This document shows positions 60,935 through 64,000 of a stretch of 64,000 nucleotides of DNA, one piece after another. Under the pieces are notes generated by a model. The model had not been told where the DNA came from. It searched no databases and saw only the letters and a program-made list of their open reading frames with translations. The stretch lies in NCBI GenBank assembly GCA_037379345.1, contig CM074516.1:45793626-45857625 (forward strand). Direction: 5' to 3'. A program made the translations under genes and the position numbers. The DNA is from Perna viridis (lineage: Eukaryota). The stretch's first letter is position 1, and every line of letters begins with the position of its first letter.

Positions 60935-63900
60935 TTTTGTTACTTGGAATATAAAATGTACGATGCATGTAGATTCAGTATACTAACAAGCTTTACACTT
61001 AATTAATTGTTATAACAGTCTTCCAGTCGTACATGGACACAGTGATTCAAAAGTTGATTGATTTTGACATTGTTACTAATTTTATACATTATAAATAACC
61101 ACACCCATCTGATACCACTAAAGTGGACAAATTTCTCAGGTAAAGTTTATTGTTTCCATATATGGATATAAAATGACCTTTTAACAAACAATGAACGAAA
61201 TGGAAAAAAGAGAGTGGCATACATGTACAAATAAGAACCTGGAACAAAAAGTACGAAAACTTACATGAAAATGGTACATTTGAAAGTACATTTTAGATGC
61301 ACATTGTATCAAACAAATAATAGCACCAGATGATTAACTAAGCCCGAAGAAAATTTTCTCATTTTTTAAATGTGCGAGAAAAAGCTTTGGCACACCAAGG
61401 AGTAACATCAAATGATAAAGCTGAAAAAAATTCCAATTGTTTACAAAAAAGTTAAGCCAGATTGGAAATGAAAGACATTACTTTTACAGTAAATTGCTGA
61501 AAGAACTACATCCTAATAAAGCAACTGCCCTAAGACAACCTCACCAAATGTAAAACTCCATCAGTCACATTTCTATTCCACAAATCACTGACTTGAGGAC
61601 AAAAACCAACAACGCATCTTATAGCATCCAAAATCATGAAAAATTAAGAAAGAAACAGAACACTTTTTGAATTAGTACACAATTTTAAAAATAGGAGATC
61701 CCATGCAACTGAATGGAGTGATATATATATATATGATACAATAGATAGATAATTAATTGGCAAAACTCAAATGCATACTCAGCAAAATGTACAGTTTGCA
61801 TGGTTATTTTTGTAGCATTTAATACTTCTAAATAGACAAATCAACACACACCTAAAATATTGAGTACTCATAGATAATTTCATTTACATAATACAATACT
61901 TATACATGTACATGTATTTCAGACCATGAAAATACTGACAATGTATTAGGACAATTTAAATCGTATATCAGGACGATTTAAACCATAAAGGTAATCAGAG
62001 TAATATAACAGGGCTGAAAAAATTATAGGTGGTATGAATTAATGTTTCTTTAGGAGTGTTTCACCTGTCTGATATCCATATATAGATAGAAGTTTGTTTA
62101 AAAAAAAAAAATCATCATTTTGACCACTTTAGAAACTATCTCCAAAGCAAAAAGCTACTGATCAAGGAGTAGTTCTTGCCAACCATTTTAAAAAAAAAAT
62201 TTTTTTCCCTGACGTAGTCGATATAGTTTCGCTCTTTGCCCTTTGACCTTAAAGACACTCTTCAACAGAAACACAAGTTACTTGACCTTCATTCTGTTTC
62301 TTGATTGGCCAAATACTGATAACTTAGTGGCGTTAAAAAAACTGTATTGGAAATTCAAATTGCGTGCCATGTGTTATTTCCTGAATGAAATGTAGATAAT
62401 TATACAAATGTAAGTAAAAAGAACAAATTTTACTGCGTCGACTATCTTTTTTTAAAGATAGTACTTGTTAACCCTTTCCTCTGGAACAAAATTGAAGAAA
62501 AATGTCAAACAGGATGCTGATATTTTACTCTCAAAAACGAGCTATCATACAATGATCTGCATTGAGGAATAACATTTTGGTGAGAACTGATTCTGATCTA
62601 CTCAGTACATCAGGATCTATTGATGCTTTGAAACACATTTTGTACAGTTAAAAACATCACCTTGACAAAAAGTTTCAAAGACATGTTTGTTATCTGATTG
62701 GAAATACATTTGTACATGTATATGTATCCAGAAATTTTTAAAAAAGGTTCTTGTGTATGAAAAAAATCATGATAAAACCTTGCATTCAAGACCAAATCCA
62801 GAACTGTTTGACCAGTACTATAATAAATATTTGGAATATCCATTGAGAGATCCCACTGATAAAAATACAACATATAAAGTCTACTTCAGTTTCAAAAAAG
62901 TGAAACCTTTAGCTTTGATTCCACTTAAGGCTAATGTCTTACTCATGTTTTTATACCCAGTCAGTACTTGCACTTAGATGTAATTGTATAGAAAATCATC
63001 TAAATTTCATAATACTGACATTTGAGAAACTTTCATCCAGCCAAAACACTATATCATAATTATTGAAGCAGTCATTCCCAAGGTTCATTGGACATTGGTA
63101 AAGTCTGATGAAATTTGCTTTGGCCTGCTAAAAATGTGCTGAGCATAAGCAAAGGACCAATGTTTAGTTGACAATGTCATAGCACTTCAGTAATGACTAG
63201 CAACTTTGTCAATGAAAAAAACATGACAAAGTTGCATAAAACCCCTTTGTTATTTTAAGTTTTCAAGAAAATGAACTGTAAATAGATTTTTTTCAAAACT
63301 GGTTTTTTTCCCTGCCACATGGGGATTTTCTTAATCTTCATCAGTTGCACATTTAGAAGCAAGGCAAAAATGCAAAGAGGTTTGATGAAAAGCTTCAACA
63401 TTGAATTTTAACCATGGGTGGGTCTCCATTATGTAGACGGGACAATCATAGGAAAGCATTCCAAAGGAAAAAAGTTGGCCACAGAACAAAAAAAGGAAAT
63501 AAATCAAACGATATCAGGCGAACAGGAAAAAATCCAAACCAAGAGGGTTTAAGGCCAAGATTGGCTGCAATTTGATGGCAATAAAAATGCGATGACAAGC
63601 ACTAAGAAATGACAAACTGGTCGCTTGTCAATGACTTTACCAGAGACTAAAGATGTTTAATTATTAAAATAATAGTTTAAAAACAAAAATGAAGTTTTTT
63701 TTGGTTTTTGGGGTCCGGTAATAACATACCTGCCAACTTTTGAAAATCCCCATGGAGGTTTTTCGTGTGAGGCGTGTGAAAGGACAACTTCGCGACATAT
63801 TTTGAAAGCTGTATGGTTTTTATGGTTGTAATGTATGAATAAGACAACCACTCCAGTAATACTGGTTCTTTTTCAGTTGAACAGCATGTGCATGAAATGT

Positions 63901-64000
63901 AACGAATTGACGTTTGTAAGCCCCTTTTTGTGGTGGATTCTTCCAAACCTAATTGAAATGCTGAAGTTTAAATTCTAAGAAAATAAATGAGAAAACTTTT

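Noticed and set aside
63460-63760. Possible hAT/zinc-finger remnant (WLQFDGNKNAM) and a catacctgccaac terminus
   Set aside because: Too short and degenerate; no partner TIR identified in the window.

Overview
AT-rich eukaryotic genomic DNA with GT-AG introns. The dispersed repeats resemble those of bivalve (mytilid-like) genomes, which is an inference. Two multi-exon genes converge tail to tail: a + strand alpha-arrestin (ARRDC-like; 6 coding exons, 4761-30490, 358 aa) and a - strand CCHCR1 orthologue (19 coding exons, 60934-34596, about 736 aa). A CCHCR1 intron holds a nested + strand 323-aa ORF (42635-43606) with three SxIP motifs, four full CDK sites, a coiled coil, an NLS and a possible CaaX end. 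The introns also carry a decayed Penelope-like RT element with derived 3' fragments, an internally deleted Ingi-like LINE with a TSD, a Helentron-type non-autonomous element, at least five MITEs and many minisatellites. The most striking pattern is that five tandem arrays are amplified copies of the adjacent real exon/intron junction. They place from 2 to about 40 decoy splice sites next to functional ones, and use of any decoy would bring in a premature stop. Three different MITEs have landed inside arrays within 5 kb. All exon chains were assembled by hand from splice signals and reading phase.
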